Origin: an uncultured Gammaproteobacteria bacterium
GTDB lineage: Bacteria > Patescibacteriota > Microgenomatia > CAYQLK01
Assembly (NCBI GenBank): GCA_964404855.1
Contig: CAYOLO010000001.1
Coordinates: 94,245 to 158,244 of the forward strand
Direction of reading: 5' to 3'
Length of the DNA: 64,000 bases
Under the pieces are notes generated by a model. The model did no database searches and was not told the DNA's origin. It saw only the letters and a list, made by a program, of their open reading frames with translations. Below are positions 55,012 to 64,000 of the stretch, in pieces (position 1 is the stretch's first letter; the number at the start of each line of letters is the position of its first letter). The position numbers were made by a program, and so were the translations under genes.

Positions 55012-57762
55012 TTACCTTCGGGTTTGAAACTCTAAGGAAAGAGACGTGTCTGTAGTCGTTGAAAAAATAGCTTTTTGATCTGAATAGACTAAGTTATTAG
55101 TTGTCGCACTAAGACTAATAAAGTCTGGGTGGTTAAATTCGTAATTAAATTCAATACCGTAAGTACCAGCTTGTTTTTGGTAGTAGAAAAAGTAATCTGA
55201 AGCTTTTTCTGAGAGATTAATACCTTTTGGCTGAGTGTACTCAAACTCAATTGTTTTAGAGCTGCTAAATGGCACATCAAGGTTGCCTGCAAAAAAGGTT
55301 AACTTACCATCATCAAAAGATCCAAATTGACTTGTATAGTTAGCACCATCAATTGAAACCTTTTCTAGCTTCGAACCCCTAGGAACAAAAACCCTAAGAT
55401 AGTTTTTGTAGTCCCCTGCTGGCCAACTATTATTTGGAGATGAATTTTTATAGACAATATTTACACGTGAAAGAAGATTGCCGTTTTTATCTAAATTGAG
55501 AGAATAATTGATTTTTTTGCCTAGAAAAGCGTTTGATTTGTTAGCACCCAGATTGGCATCAACGACCATTAGATAATCATTTATTTTGCCTGTTTTTTCG
55601 GAATAATTACGGCCCGGAACCTCGCCAGTTAACCCAAGGATATCCAGAGCGTTTTGGATGGATTGATCTTCAAAAACGACTTGCATACTTTGTTTGGTCA
55701 ACGACTGATCAATTGCTAAAAGAAACTGAGGTTCGAGATATTTTTTTTCTGTGATGATTTCACTAATTAATTCCCTAGAAAGCGCTGAGAAGAAGTTTTT
55801 TTTCTGCCTAGAACCAGGGAAAAAGTTTACCTCAGAGTATTTTTGGCCAAGTTCGGCAATGTTTTCTGAGGAAACTGTCTCGTTGTAATCTTTTAATTCA
55901 ACTGGTCCTGTAAAATTTAAAACGGCTTTTATAAACTCCAAATCTACAGCGATTACCCCATCGATTTTTTCACCTGTTTCTTTAAAATAAAATTCTTTTA
56001 TGACTGGATAATTGTTTTTGAAATCCGGATCCCAGTTTGCGTCCCTAAGATACCAACTATCGACACCGAGAGCGTCAACAAATGGTGCAGGAGCAGGAAT
56101 TTTTTGCTTGAGCTGCCCATCAATATCGTAAATATCGCCGACTTTTAAGGAAGAAAATTTTCCGCTTATAAAATCAACAGTTGAATAAGAACCAATAAAT
56201 CCCCCACCGGGCCTAAGCTCGTTATTGTTTAAATTAAGAATTAAATATTTCTTATCATCATCTGTGCCGATAAGCTGAGGAATAAGTGGTGCGATAAAAG
56301 TGGCTCTTTGAGATATTTGATAAAGATTTTTGATTTTTTCTTGATAACTAATAATTTTGTCTGCCCCAAATATATGACTTAGTTTTTGAGACTCTAGGTA
56401 TGACAATTGGAGATTATTAGAAATATCAGCAATTTTGACTGAAATATTATTGATTTCTGATTTGAAGATATTACTTTCCTTGCCTTCAAGGGTAATTTGT
56501 AGTTCAGAGGACAACTTGGCAACATATATACCAGACTCAAAAGCCTGAGTTAAATACAAACCACTATTACTAAAGTGGTTAATGTCCCCCATCAATGGAA
56601 TTGTGTCTGAAACACCAGGAAGAATATTAATTATGCCGTAGACGGTTAAATTACGATTGAATTTGGTTTGAGAAAATTTAACTCTTTGTAAGGCCTCATC
56701 ATATTTTGAATCTTGAACTTTGGACCTTGCAATCTCTAGATCGTAAATTGCGGAAAGCGAATTAAGAATAATAAATAAAATAGGGGTCAAAATTATAGAA
56801 ATCAAACCTATAGTTAAGTAAATATAATACTTTTTAAATTTTGTTTTTTTTACTTTTTTATATTTTTTATCATGCTTTAAGGAGGAAACAGATAGATTGG
56901 AAATCGTTTGAATAAAAGAGCTTTTTGGTGACCAATTTATTTTGTCTGAACTTTTTTCAATATCACGAGTGTTGTTTTTTATGGTTGGCACAACCTCTGT
57001 GCTGTTAATGCCTATTTTAAGGTTAATTAAAAATGACTTACGAAATTCATCTTTTATTGTTTTGGCAAGGGAACTAATTGAGATTTGGGTTGGATTTAAT
57101 ATTGTTAAGGTTCGGCCGTTTTTAAAGCTCATTATTGATCTGATAATGCCAAAACTAACATCGTCAATGTGTGTAGGGTGAATATATTCAACGTGATTAC
57201 TTGGCAATAAAATTGATTTTTTTTCTACGGCTTGCCCAACAAAATAATCAATAAGGCTTTTTTGGTTTTGATAATTTTCAGAATAAATTTGGCTAATTTT
57301 AATTACTGAACCTTTGATTTTTTTGTCTTTAATAAGTCGTGTTGTTTTTTCGATTGGATAGACAGAATCATAATTAGTTGAGGTTAAATATTTATATTTT
57401 TTGGGAAAAATTACGGAATTTCCGCGTTTTTCTAATTCGAGAAATGGATCAATGTTTACGACAAGGGATAGTGGTTTACGAATTATTTGAGCAAGATCTA
57501 AAAACTCATCAAATAAACGCTTATTATCTTCGCCATTTTTTATTTTGTTATCGAAATTGTAGATAAACAATAAATGAAAAGGGTGGAACATTGCACGTGG
57601 TTGGGTATTTTGAAAATCTACAACATCATAACCAGTGTCTAATAATTTGTTGAAGACCTTTTCTTTTAATTCAGATTCAGGACCTGCAATTAAAATTTTG
57701 TTTTGGTTGTGAATATTTGAATTAGGCATTGAGGGCAAGTTTAAAAGAATCTTCTCTAACAA
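55012..57762 (-). CDS. Large membrane-anchored protein: degenerate Rossmann-like N-terminus, one TM helix and a large extracytoplasmic domain (DUF4012-like)
   Basis: 916 aa. N-terminal ILIAGPESELKEKVFNKLLDTGYDVVDF, a TM helix at about residue 330, then a roughly 580-aa extracellular region. Confidence 0.5.
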   Translation of the reverse strand: MLEKILLNLPSMPNSNIHNQNKILIAGPESELKEKVFNKLLDTGYDVVDFQNTQPRAMFHPFHLLFIYNFDNKIKNGEDNKRLFDEFLDLAQIIRKPLSLVVNIDPFLELEKRGNSVIFPKKYKYLTSTNYDSVYPIEKTTRLIKDKKIKGSVIKISQIYSENYQNQKSLIDYFVGQAVEKKSILLPSNHVEYIHPTHIDDVSFGIIRSIMSFKNGRTLTILNPTQISISSLAKTIKDEFRKSFLINLKIGINSTEVVPTIKNNTRDIEKSSDKINWSPKSSFIQTISNLSVSSLKHDKKYKKVKKTKFKKYYIYLTIGLISIILTPILFIILNSLSAIYDLEIARSKVQDSKYDEALQRVKFSQTKFNRNLTVYGIINILPGVSDTIPLMGDINHFSNSGLYLTQAFESGIYVAKLSSELQITLEGKESNIFKSEINNISVKIADISNNLQLSYLESQKLSHIFGADKIISYQEKIKNLYQISQRATFIAPLIPQLIGTDDDKKYLILNLNNNELRPGGGFIGSYSTVDFISGKFSSLKVGDIYDIDGQLKQKIPAPAPFVDALGVDSWYLRDANWDPDFKNNYPVIKEFYFKETGEKIDGVIAVDLEFIKAVLNFTGPVELKDYNETVSSENIAELGQKYSEVNFFPGSRQKKNFFSALSRELISEIITEKKYLEPQFLLAIDQSLTKQSMQVVFEDQSIQNALDILGLTGEVPGRNYSEKTGKINDYLMVVDANLGANKSNAFLGKKINYSLNLDKNGNLLSRVNIVYKNSSPNNSWPAGDYKNYLRVFVPRGSKLEKVSIDGANYTSQFGSFDDGKLTFFAGNLDVPFSSSKTIEFEYTQPKGINLSEKASDYFFYYQKQAGTYGIEFNYEFNHPDFISLSATTNNLVYSDQKAIFSTTTDTSLSLEFQTRR

Positions 57763-57873
57763 TCAATTTGGAAGTTATCAACAGAAGTAGATTTTGAACT
57801 ATAACGATGTGAAAACTTAGCTATAAGATCAAGCCGTGTTTATGTCACAAATTATTTTGATAAGTAGAGGAGA

Positions 57874-58365
57874 TTACCGAATGTATTTTCCTGAAATTAC
57901 AACAAAAAAACTTAGGATTACTGCTGCAATTAAGGACGCGCCAATTATTTTTAGGTAGTTAACTTGGACAGCTTGTGTAACAGGTGAAAAGGAAGTGGAA
58001 ATAAGATTAATTTGCTGATTTATGGATTTTAGCTGACTAATAATTATTGGTTCATATTTTTGAAAATTAGCAATTGACTGGTCTTTATTTTTTGCACTGG
58101 TTTTTAGCTCAATAACATTAGCAGTCTTATCAGCCGCAATAACCACTGGTTTAGTTAAACCCATTTGGCTATTAAAATCTGGAGAATTGATAATAACTGT
58201 TACAGATTTTTCAATACTGGTAGCTTGAGTTTTTTCATGTGAAACATAGTATGTTTGACTAGTTAAAAACATTTTGGGATTTTGCCACAAATACAAACAT
58301 GTAAGAACAAAAACCAATGTGAAAATTATTAAAATAAATATTTTTTCTGTTTGAATTAATTTCAC
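57874..58365 (-). CDS. Membrane-anchored hypothetical protein
   Basis: 163 aa with TM helices at both the N- and C-terminus. Confidence 0.45.
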   Translation of the reverse strand: MKLIQTEKIFILIIFTLVFVLTCLYLWQNPKMFLTSQTYYVSHEKTQATSIEKSVTVIINSPDFNSQMGLTKPVVIAADKTANVIELKTSAKNKDQSIANFQKYEPIIISQLKSINQQINLISTSFSPVTQAVQVNYLKIIGASLIAAVILSFFVVISGKYIR

Positions 58366-58369
58366 GGCG

Positions 58370-58777
58370 TTATTTATCTAATACTAAATTGGCTTGTGCG
58401 TCAGCCTCTTGGTTTTGTTCGCGAGGAACATGTGTGTATGTCACCTTAAGAAAAGACGATTCGAGGGCTTTGACTTTTGAATTAAGTATTTTGAGATTTG
58501 GGTGTTTAATTTTGTACCTTCCACTTAGTTGCTCGACGGCTAACTTAGAGTCTAGTCTAAAATTAATGTTCGTTTCTAGGGTGTTTGTGGTTAATTCTTG
58601 AGCTTTCTGAAATGCCTCAATAATTGCTGTGTATTCTGCAATATTGTTTGTAGCCACACCCAAAAAACTTCCACCAGCAAAAATTGTTTCGCCGTCTTTT
58701 TTGATTACAAATCCTGTGGAGGAAAGACCTGGATTACCCCTACTTGCACCGTCAGTAAAAATTGTGAACTCAGTCAT
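58370..58777 (-). CDS. rnhA: Ribonuclease HI
   Basis: TDGASRGNPG, AEYTAIIEA and HVPREQNQEADAQAN are RNase H catalytic signatures. Confidence 0.9.
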   Translation of the reverse strand: MTEFTIFTDGASRGNPGLSSTGFVIKKDGETIFAGGSFLGVATNNIAEYTAIIEAFQKAQELTTNTLETNINFRLDSKLAVEQLSGRYKIKHPNLKILNSKVKALESSFLKVTYTHVPREQNQEADAQANLVLDK

Positions 58778-60017
58778 TTTTTAGTTTGTGTATGAGTATA
58801 ATCGAACCGCCTACTAATATCAGTATTTCACTAATAACTGTAATATACGCTGAAGCGTAAGCGCCGTACTGCGGAATGAAATACAAGTTAGCAACACAGT
58901 TAGCCGTACCCACAATTAAATATAAAATGCTTAATATTTTTTGCTTATTAAAAGTGATTAGTAGCCACATAACTATCGCCGAAAGAAAAAAGAACGGATA
59001 GCCTAGTGACAGAATTCTTAATATATTTGCAGAGTATGAAAAGCTTGGTCCAGAAATTAAATTAATGATCAGGTCAGCAGCAAGAAAAAACAGAATAGAC
59101 AGGGACACAGAAATAACACCAAGTAGTAATACTGACTTTTTAAAAATTCTAATTAAAACTTTTCTATCGTTTAAATGATTTAAAAATACAGGAAAAAGTG
59201 CATTGGAAAAAAAGATTGGAACAACTAATACAGTTTCAAAAATTCTGTATGCAAGCCCGTAAAAGCCCACTTCTTCTGGTGACCTAATAAATCCAAGAAT
59301 GATTGTGTCGATTCTGAAATAAATCAAATTAATAACAAGCGCAACGCCTAAAGATATGGAGCTTAAGGAGAGTGATTTGCTGTATGTTTTGTCGAAAACA
59401 AATTTTGGCTTATAGGTAAGTTTACCTAGGAGTTTGTATGAAACTAAAAATAGAACAGTATTAGCAAATGTGTAGCTAAGAACAAGTAAGTATATGTTTT
59501 TGAATGGAATTACGATGATTACTAAAATTAGGGTTGCAACGCTCGAAATGATTGTCGCAAGAGAGGATAGGTCGTATCTGAGGTTTTTTTGAAAAATAGC
59601 GTTTAAGGCATTGTACAAACCCTGAAAAAGAATTGTAAATGAGGCTAAAAATATGCCGAATTTGACACTATTACTAAACCCAGTACCACTGGATGCATTG
59701 TGTGGAAGTGAAAGGGCAATAAGAATACAAAACAAGGTTAGTAAGGAAGATGTAATAAAGCGCAAGGCAAAAAATTTATTAAAATCGACTTTTATTTTGT
59801 CTGGTGGAGTTAATTTAAGAAATGTTGCATTAAACCCAAAATCTGCAATTAAATAAAATATTGAAACAAACGACATTATTTTGACAAATTCTCCGTAGTC
59901 AGAAACGGTAAGTTGTCTGGTAATAAGTGCAGTAATAAAAAGTGAGACAGAGACGGTCGCGCTTTTGGCGATCATTTGAAAAATCGTATTTTTGGATACT
60001 TCTTTAAGATTTGACAT
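58770..60017 (-). CDS. Polysaccharide/oligosaccharide flippase (MOP superfamily, Wzx-like)
   Basis: 415 aa with about 12 TM. Polysacc_synt-like N-terminus. Confidence 0.6.
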   Translation of the reverse strand: MSNLKEVSKNTIFQMIAKSATVSVSLFITALITRQLTVSDYGEFVKIMSFVSIFYLIADFGFNATFLKLTPPDKIKVDFNKFFALRFITSSLLTLFCILIALSLPHNASSGTGFSNSVKFGIFLASFTILFQGLYNALNAIFQKNLRYDLSSLATIISSVATLILVIIVIPFKNIYLLVLSYTFANTVLFLVSYKLLGKLTYKPKFVFDKTYSKSLSLSSISLGVALVINLIYFRIDTIILGFIRSPEEVGFYGLAYRIFETVLVVPIFFSNALFPVFLNHLNDRKVLIRIFKKSVLLLGVISVSLSILFFLAADLIINLISGPSFSYSANILRILSLGYPFFFLSAIVMWLLITFNKQKILSILYLIVGTANCVANLYFIPQYGAYASAYITVISEILILVGGSIILIHKLKND

Positions 60018-61351
60018 TATTTCAAGTCTAGCATTTTGTTTGACGCCAAAATCAAACCAACTAACAAAGCAAAAATGTAGCTTGTTTGAAATTGTGTCAA
60101 AAAATAATGATCAAATATCATTCCAAAACCGTAGGCTCCGGCTAGTGGCAATAAAAGTTGTGATTTGATTCGTGATTGAGACTTAACAAACTTGCTTACA
60201 GCTTGTTTAAAAAATAAGAGAACTAGTATGAATCCGATGAGTCCATGTTCAGCTAGAAATAAGATTAGGAAATTGTGCGGAGGTTGAAATAGTCTTAAAT
60301 TAAAGTTTTGAAAAAAATAATTTTGCGCAACAATTAAATAATTATTTGGACCAACACCAATAATAAAGTTGTCAAAAAAAACTTTTAACCCAATTAGATT
60401 TAATTCTAATCTTTCTGAGACAGTTTTGGACCCAAAACTAATTCCTGAAACATAAAAGAGTAAAAATAAAATAACGCTTGGTATGAAAAGAATAATAAAT
60501 TTGTGATTAATCGGTAATTTGTTTTTGTATCTTAATAAAATAAATATTGTTGCCATTATTATTCCTGTTCTTGAGAAAGAAATAACAAGACCTATGGTAA
60601 AAATGCCAACAAGTAGACTGCATAAGAATTTTAGATATTTTGTTTTTGACGAATTAATTATGAATATTGAGTAAGCTAAAGCGCTGACAAGAAGTGCGGC
60701 GAGAATGTTAGGGTGGGGAGTGGTTCCATAAGCCCTTAGAAATGAGTAATCAAAAATTAAACCGGATGCAATATTGGGGGTTGTAGAAAAAAACCGATAT
60801 GAACCAATAATTGGAATATTAGGGGATATGCCGGATGAAAATTGAATTAGGCCGATAAAAGTTGAAATAACAGCACCAGATATTAAGCCGATGGAGAAAA
60901 TTTTAATAAAAAGAAATAAAGTTTTGGGTTTTGTTGCGAGATTAAAAATACTAAAAATTAAAAGTGAAATTAATATTAATTTGATTAACCCAAAAACTAA
61001 TAATGTTTTGTTGGCAGAAAAAATAAACCATAAAGCTGTAAGGACAATTAAAAATAATACATAGATAAATTTGGGTGATTTGAGGGGTTTTTCGAAATTA
61101 AGGTTAATACATGAAAATATGGCCAGCAAAATAATTAAAATATCTGAAGGGTGTATTGAGAGAATAAAATAATCACTTAAAAAGCCAAAATAATAGGCTT
61201 GAGAAGTATTTAACTTAATGCCTGCTTGAAAATTGAGACTCAGCCCAAAACAAAAAACGATTAAGGTTAAAAGAAGCTGTGGAGATTTAAGCTTTTGGAG
61301 AGACGATAAGTTTACGGAAGCGACCTTCGCCCTCAGATCTTGTTTCGACAT
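60017..61351 (-). CDS. O-antigen ligase/polymerase-like (Wzy_C family) membrane protein
   Basis: 444 aa with about 12 TM and a periplasmic loop in the C-terminal half. The annotated N-terminus overlaps jag by 65 nt, so the true start may be later or non-ATG. Confidence 0.45.
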   Translation of the reverse strand: MSKQDLRAKVASVNLSSLQKLKSPQLLLTLIVFCFGLSLNFQAGIKLNTSQAYYFGFLSDYFILSIHPSDILIILLAIFSCINLNFEKPLKSPKFIYVLFLIVLTALWFIFSANKTLLVFGLIKLILISLLIFSIFNLATKPKTLFLFIKIFSIGLISGAVISTFIGLIQFSSGISPNIPIIGSYRFFSTTPNIASGLIFDYSFLRAYGTTPHPNILAALLVSALAYSIFIINSSKTKYLKFLCSLLVGIFTIGLVISFSRTGIIMATIFILLRYKNKLPINHKFIILFIPSVILFLLFYVSGISFGSKTVSERLELNLIGLKVFFDNFIIGVGPNNYLIVAQNYFFQNFNLRLFQPPHNFLILFLAEHGLIGFILVLLFFKQAVSKFVKSQSRIKSQLLLPLAGAYGFGMIFDHYFLTQFQTSYIFALLVGLILASNKMLDLK

Positions 61352-61757
61352 CTGGATTGTTTTCTAGAGTGAGGTGAACTATACGCCTTTCGAAAGGTTT
61401 AAGATTAGATAAGCTTTGAGGCTTGTTTGAAAATTTGACCTTTTGTACAACTTTTGCGGCCAAATCTTTGAGTTCGGCTTCTCTATTGGTTTTCCAACTA
61501 TCGACATCTACGACTACATCAGGAAGCTCTTCGGCGGTAAATAATTTGTAAAGCATTGCGTGAAGGATTGTTTGGAGAGAGTCTAAATTTTCTCCATGCC
61601 TGCCAATTAAAATACTAGAGTCGGCGCTTTCGATATTAAATCTTAATGAACCATCCTCTTGGGAGGTGGCGGTTATTTCTGCATTTACATTAAGTCTGGA
61701 AAGTATTTTTTCCAGTTGGTCGAGGATTTTGTCTTCGAGATTATTATTTTTTGCCAT
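61287..61757 (-). CDS. jag: RNA-binding protein Jag/KhpB (KH plus R3H domains)
   Basis: 156 aa. SILIGRHGENLDSLQ (KH) and IVHLTL (R3H). Conserved position downstream of yidC. Confidence 0.8.
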   Translation of the reverse strand: MAKNNNLEDKILDQLEKILSRLNVNAEITATSQEDGSLRFNIESADSSILIGRHGENLDSLQTILHAMLYKLFTAEELPDVVVDVDSWKTNREAELKDLAAKVVQKVKFSNKPQSLSNLKPFERRIVHLTLENNPDVETRSEGEGRFRKLIVSPKA

Positions 61758-62577
61758 TGTTGTTATTTTTTAAGAATGGGAGCCAGTCTACCAAAGATCC
61801 CCAACCCATCACAAGATACTGCTGAATAATACCAAGAACCGAGAAGGTGTTCCAATAGAGAGAAAGACCAATTGGAAGAGTGTATGAAAAATATCCAATT
61901 AAGAGTGGAAGGATAAAAATCATCTGACTTTGCGTCTGCATTAGAGTGTCAGCAAAATCTTCCTTTTCATTTTTGCCTTTTTTGGTCTTAGGTGCATATT
62001 TTGGAAGAGCCATTTTGGACTGAACCATTTGAAATAGTGCAGTAATTACTGGAATAGCGAGTAAGAGTATGCCCGCAGACTGCCAGTCGGAGGGTTTGGT
62101 ATAGAGGTGTATTCCAAGAAATGAAGCGTCAAGAGGTTGGTTAAGATGAAGGAAGTCAAAATATAAAATACTATTAAGCTTGGTAAGCGCTTCGCCTGTG
62201 CCATCGGAGGACACTAACTGGTTAAGTACTTGATACAGAGAGAAAAAGATTGGGATTTGGATTAACAAGGTGACACAGCCTGTTGCAGGATTAACACCAT
62301 GTGTCTTGTAAAGCTCGGACTGTTTTTGAGCGTGGAGAGTTTTGTCTTTGCCGTGTTTTTTCTTAAGATCATCTAGGTGGGGTTTAAGCTCGGCCATTTT
62401 TCTTGTCTGATGAAGCTGTTTGCCAGTTAGGGGCCAAACGATTAAGCGAATTAAAATCGTAAGTGCTAGAACCGCGAAAGCGAGGGGGTAGGGGAAGTTG
62501 GCTGCTTCAAAAAGTTTATAGAAAAAAACTGCGACATTTAAAATCGGGTGAACAAGTATTTGGTTAATGAGGTCCAT
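61744..62577 (-). CDS. yidC: Membrane protein insertase YidC (short Gram-positive type)
   Basis: 277 aa with five TM helices and the conserved LIRLIVWPLT... region. Confidence 0.9.
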   Translation of the reverse strand: MDLINQILVHPILNVAVFFYKLFEAANFPYPLAFAVLALTILIRLIVWPLTGKQLHQTRKMAELKPHLDDLKKKHGKDKTLHAQKQSELYKTHGVNPATGCVTLLIQIPIFFSLYQVLNQLVSSDGTGEALTKLNSILYFDFLHLNQPLDASFLGIHLYTKPSDWQSAGILLLAIPVITALFQMVQSKMALPKYAPKTKKGKNEKEDFADTLMQTQSQMIFILPLLIGYFSYTLPIGLSLYWNTFSVLGIIQQYLVMGWGSLVDWLPFLKNNNNGKK

Positions 62578-62583
62578 TTTTAA

Positions 62584-62877
62584 TTATTTTCTAGTTATAT
62601 ATGGCGAATATGATATCTTATGTTCCTTTTTTTTGCTTGTAGTAGCAACTGGATGGTATCCACCAGCAGAGAACGGATTACAAGATAACACACGATAAAT
62701 AATTTGCGGTAGTGCTTTTAAACCAAAGACTTCTAATGATTGGCTTGCAAATTCTGAACATGTCGGCGTATATCTGCAGACAGGCTTAGAAAAAAATACC
62801 TTTATTAGTCCGTGGTCGGGTGAGAGGGTTTTTTGATAGAGGTGAATAGTTTTAATTAATAGATACGAAATAATCAT
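62584..62877 (-). CDS. yidD: Membrane protein insertion efficiency factor YidD
   Basis: CRYTPTCSEFA and ALPQIIYRVLSCNPFSAGGYHPV motifs. Confidence 0.9.
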   Translation of the reverse strand: MIISYLLIKTIHLYQKTLSPDHGLIKVFFSKPVCRYTPTCSEFASQSLEVFGLKALPQIIYRVLSCNPFSAGGYHPVATTSKKKEHKISYSPYITRK

Positions 62878-62883
62878 AGTTTT

Positions 62884-63183
62884 TTATAATAATTTTTCTA
62901 GTTCAGTTTTAACCTCAAGGGAGTTTTTTTTGGATATATCTTTGCGAACCAATATAGAGATTTCTTTTTTTTGGGCAAAAGAGGGTGAAATTTCTAAAAA
63001 TGCGGCCACGACTATCCTGCGAACCCTATTGCGATCAACCGCTAAGGGACAGGTTTTTTTGGGAACAGTCACAATTAACTTGTTTGTGTCAGCGGGCCTG
63101 GAATTAACAATATAGTAAGGCGACGAAACGGTGTTGGAAAAATTGCGGGAAAATTTTTTGAGGCTCTGAGAGCGCGGGAGCAT
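62884..63183 (-). CDS. rnpA: Ribonuclease P protein component
   Basis: 99 aa, basic. RNR motif region (VDRNRVRRIVVAAF). Its start overlaps the rpmH stop (TAATG). Confidence 0.85.
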   Translation of the reverse strand: MLPRSQSLKKFSRNFSNTVSSPYYIVNSRPADTNKLIVTVPKKTCPLAVDRNRVRRIVVAAFLEISPSFAQKKEISILVRKDISKKNSLEVKTELEKLL

Positions 63184-63341
63184 TACTTATGATTAATAAC
63201 GCTAACGGTTAATGATTTACGGCCTTTTCTTCGACGCGCAGAAAGTACAGCTCGACCAGCTCTGGTTAGTGATCTTTTAAAGAAGCCGTGTTTGCGGGCT
63301 CTTTTTTTCTTTTTTGGTTGATATGTTCTTTTGGTTGCCAT
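63183..63341 (-). CDS. rpmH: 50S ribosomal protein L34 (not in the supplied ORF track; below 60 aa)
   Basis: Translating the minus strand by hand gives [52 protein letters not shown]. This matches the bL34 consensus (KRTYQP..K.R...HGF..R..T..GR.VL..RR.KGR..L). Confidence 0.85.
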   Translation of the reverse strand: MATKRTYQPKKKKRARKHGFFKRSLTRAGRAVLSARRRKGRKSLTVSVINHK

Positions 63342-63399
63342 AATTTGCGTGGGGAATTATATGCCTAATGATTGAGTAAATGCAAGCGCAAAAAATACC

Positions 63400-63439
63400 T
63401 TTTCCACAATTAGACAAATGCTTGACGATATGTGGATAA
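63400..63439. promoter_or_regulatory. DnaA boxes in the rpmH-dnaA spacer (candidate oriC/dnaA promoter region)
   Basis: TGTGGATAA at 63431..63439 is a perfect reverse complement of TTATCCACA. TTTTCCACA at 63400..63408 has one mismatch. The spacer is AT-rich. Confidence 0.7.
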
Positions 63440-63564
63440 ATGCAATATAGTCATAAGAACTTTTCGGGTCGCCAGTGACTGTTTGCCCAGTCTTACCTAA
63501 AAAAGAAAACACCTCCAAAAAAACCTAAATATTGACTTAATTCAGTCAAAAATAAACACGACCT

Positions 63565-64000
63565 ATGGAAGTTGATTCTAAAAAACTTTGGAGTGAAATA
63601 TTAAAAGACATAAAGTCTGATCTTTCTCCTGCGAATTTTCGTACGTGGTTTAGTGCAACAAAACTTGAAAACAACCATGACAATGAAAAAATAATGTTTA
63701 AGGTTGTTGTTTTAAATAATTTTGTTCGAGAGCAGATTCAAGCTAGGTATCTTGATCAAATTAAAGACAGGATAAGCCAGAAATACGATGAGGAAGAATT
63801 TGATCTTACGGTTGAGGTTGGAAAGGTAGAAATACTAAATATTGAGGACGAGCCAAAAATAAATGACGTTTTCAAAGAACAGACAAGTACGAGCGAGATA
63901 AAGGTTGGGTGGAGTAGTGTAAATAATTTGAATCCAAATTTTACCTTTGATAAGTTCGTTGTGGGAAACTCCAATAATCTGGCATTTGCCGCTGCGCAGG
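63565..64000 (+). CDS. dnaA: Chromosomal replication initiator DnaA (N-terminal part, truncated by the window end)
   Basis: Hand translation gives MEVDSKKLWSEILKDIKSDLSPANFRTWFSATKLE...LNPNFTFDKFVVGNSNNLAFAAAQ. The final motif is the classic start of DnaA domain III. Confidence 0.9.
   Translation, partial: MEVDSKKLWSEILKDIKSDLSPANFRTWFSATKLENNHDNEKIMFKVVVLNNFVREQIQARYLDQIKDRISQKYDEEEFDLTVEVGKVEILNIEDEPKINDVFKEQTSTSEIKVGWSSVNNLNPNFTFDKFVVGNSNNLAFAAAQ

Noticed and set aside
1-64000. Alternative genetic code (UGA recoding, as in Gracilibacteria or Absconditabacteria)
   Set aside because: Long conserved proteins (DnaK, GroEL, LepA, PBP1A, ValRS) translate end to end under the standard code with no in-frame UGA, so the code 11 ORF track is appropriate.

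Overview
This is a low-GC (about 35%), gene-dense bacterial chromosomal window with many short forms of housekeeping proteins and Gram-positive-type envelope genes (LCP, FemAB, MurJ, PBP1A, an LPXTG substrate). That profile fits a CPR/Patescibacteria-like (possibly Saccharibacteria-like) genome. The window ends at the replication origin, with rnpA-rpmH divergent from dnaA across a spacer that carries DnaA boxes.

Reading from the start of the window:
- **Type I restriction-modification (R-M) module (105-4602, minus strand):** hsdS and hsdM, co-transcribed with a NucS/DUF91-like nuclease and a Cas4-like nuclease. No hsdR is visible.
- **Heat-shock operon (5356-10975, minus strand):** hrcA-grpE-dnaK-X-X-dnaJ-X, driven by a CIRCE-overlapping promoter. 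groESL at 43692-45683 has the same promoter design.
- **Repeat family (4662-16518):** six copies (A-F) of a modular, highly structured intergenic element. Compensatory base changes between copies preserve the hairpins, and the 5' module carries an outward-facing promoter-like motif. All copies cluster in the 12 kb around the heat-shock operon and a GC-rich island. One copy lies inside that island, and none occur in the remaining 47 kb.
- **GC-anomalous islets:** 11284-14341, 16612-16848 and 24603-25663, each bounded by intrinsic terminators and encoding only hypothetical proteins apart from one PHP (TrpH/YciV-like) phosphoesterase. These are likely horizontally acquired.
- **Other notable content:**
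  - Two UvrD-family helicases, one fused to a Cas4-like nuclease and divergent from rmuC.
  - A polyprenyl-phosphate glycan cluster (GT2, GT-C, WecA-like and a UbiA DPPR-synthase-like enzyme).
  - A 76-aa LPNTG mini-protein.
  - Short MetRS and ValRS forms.

I found no CRISPR array, transposase, integrase or obvious tRNA.
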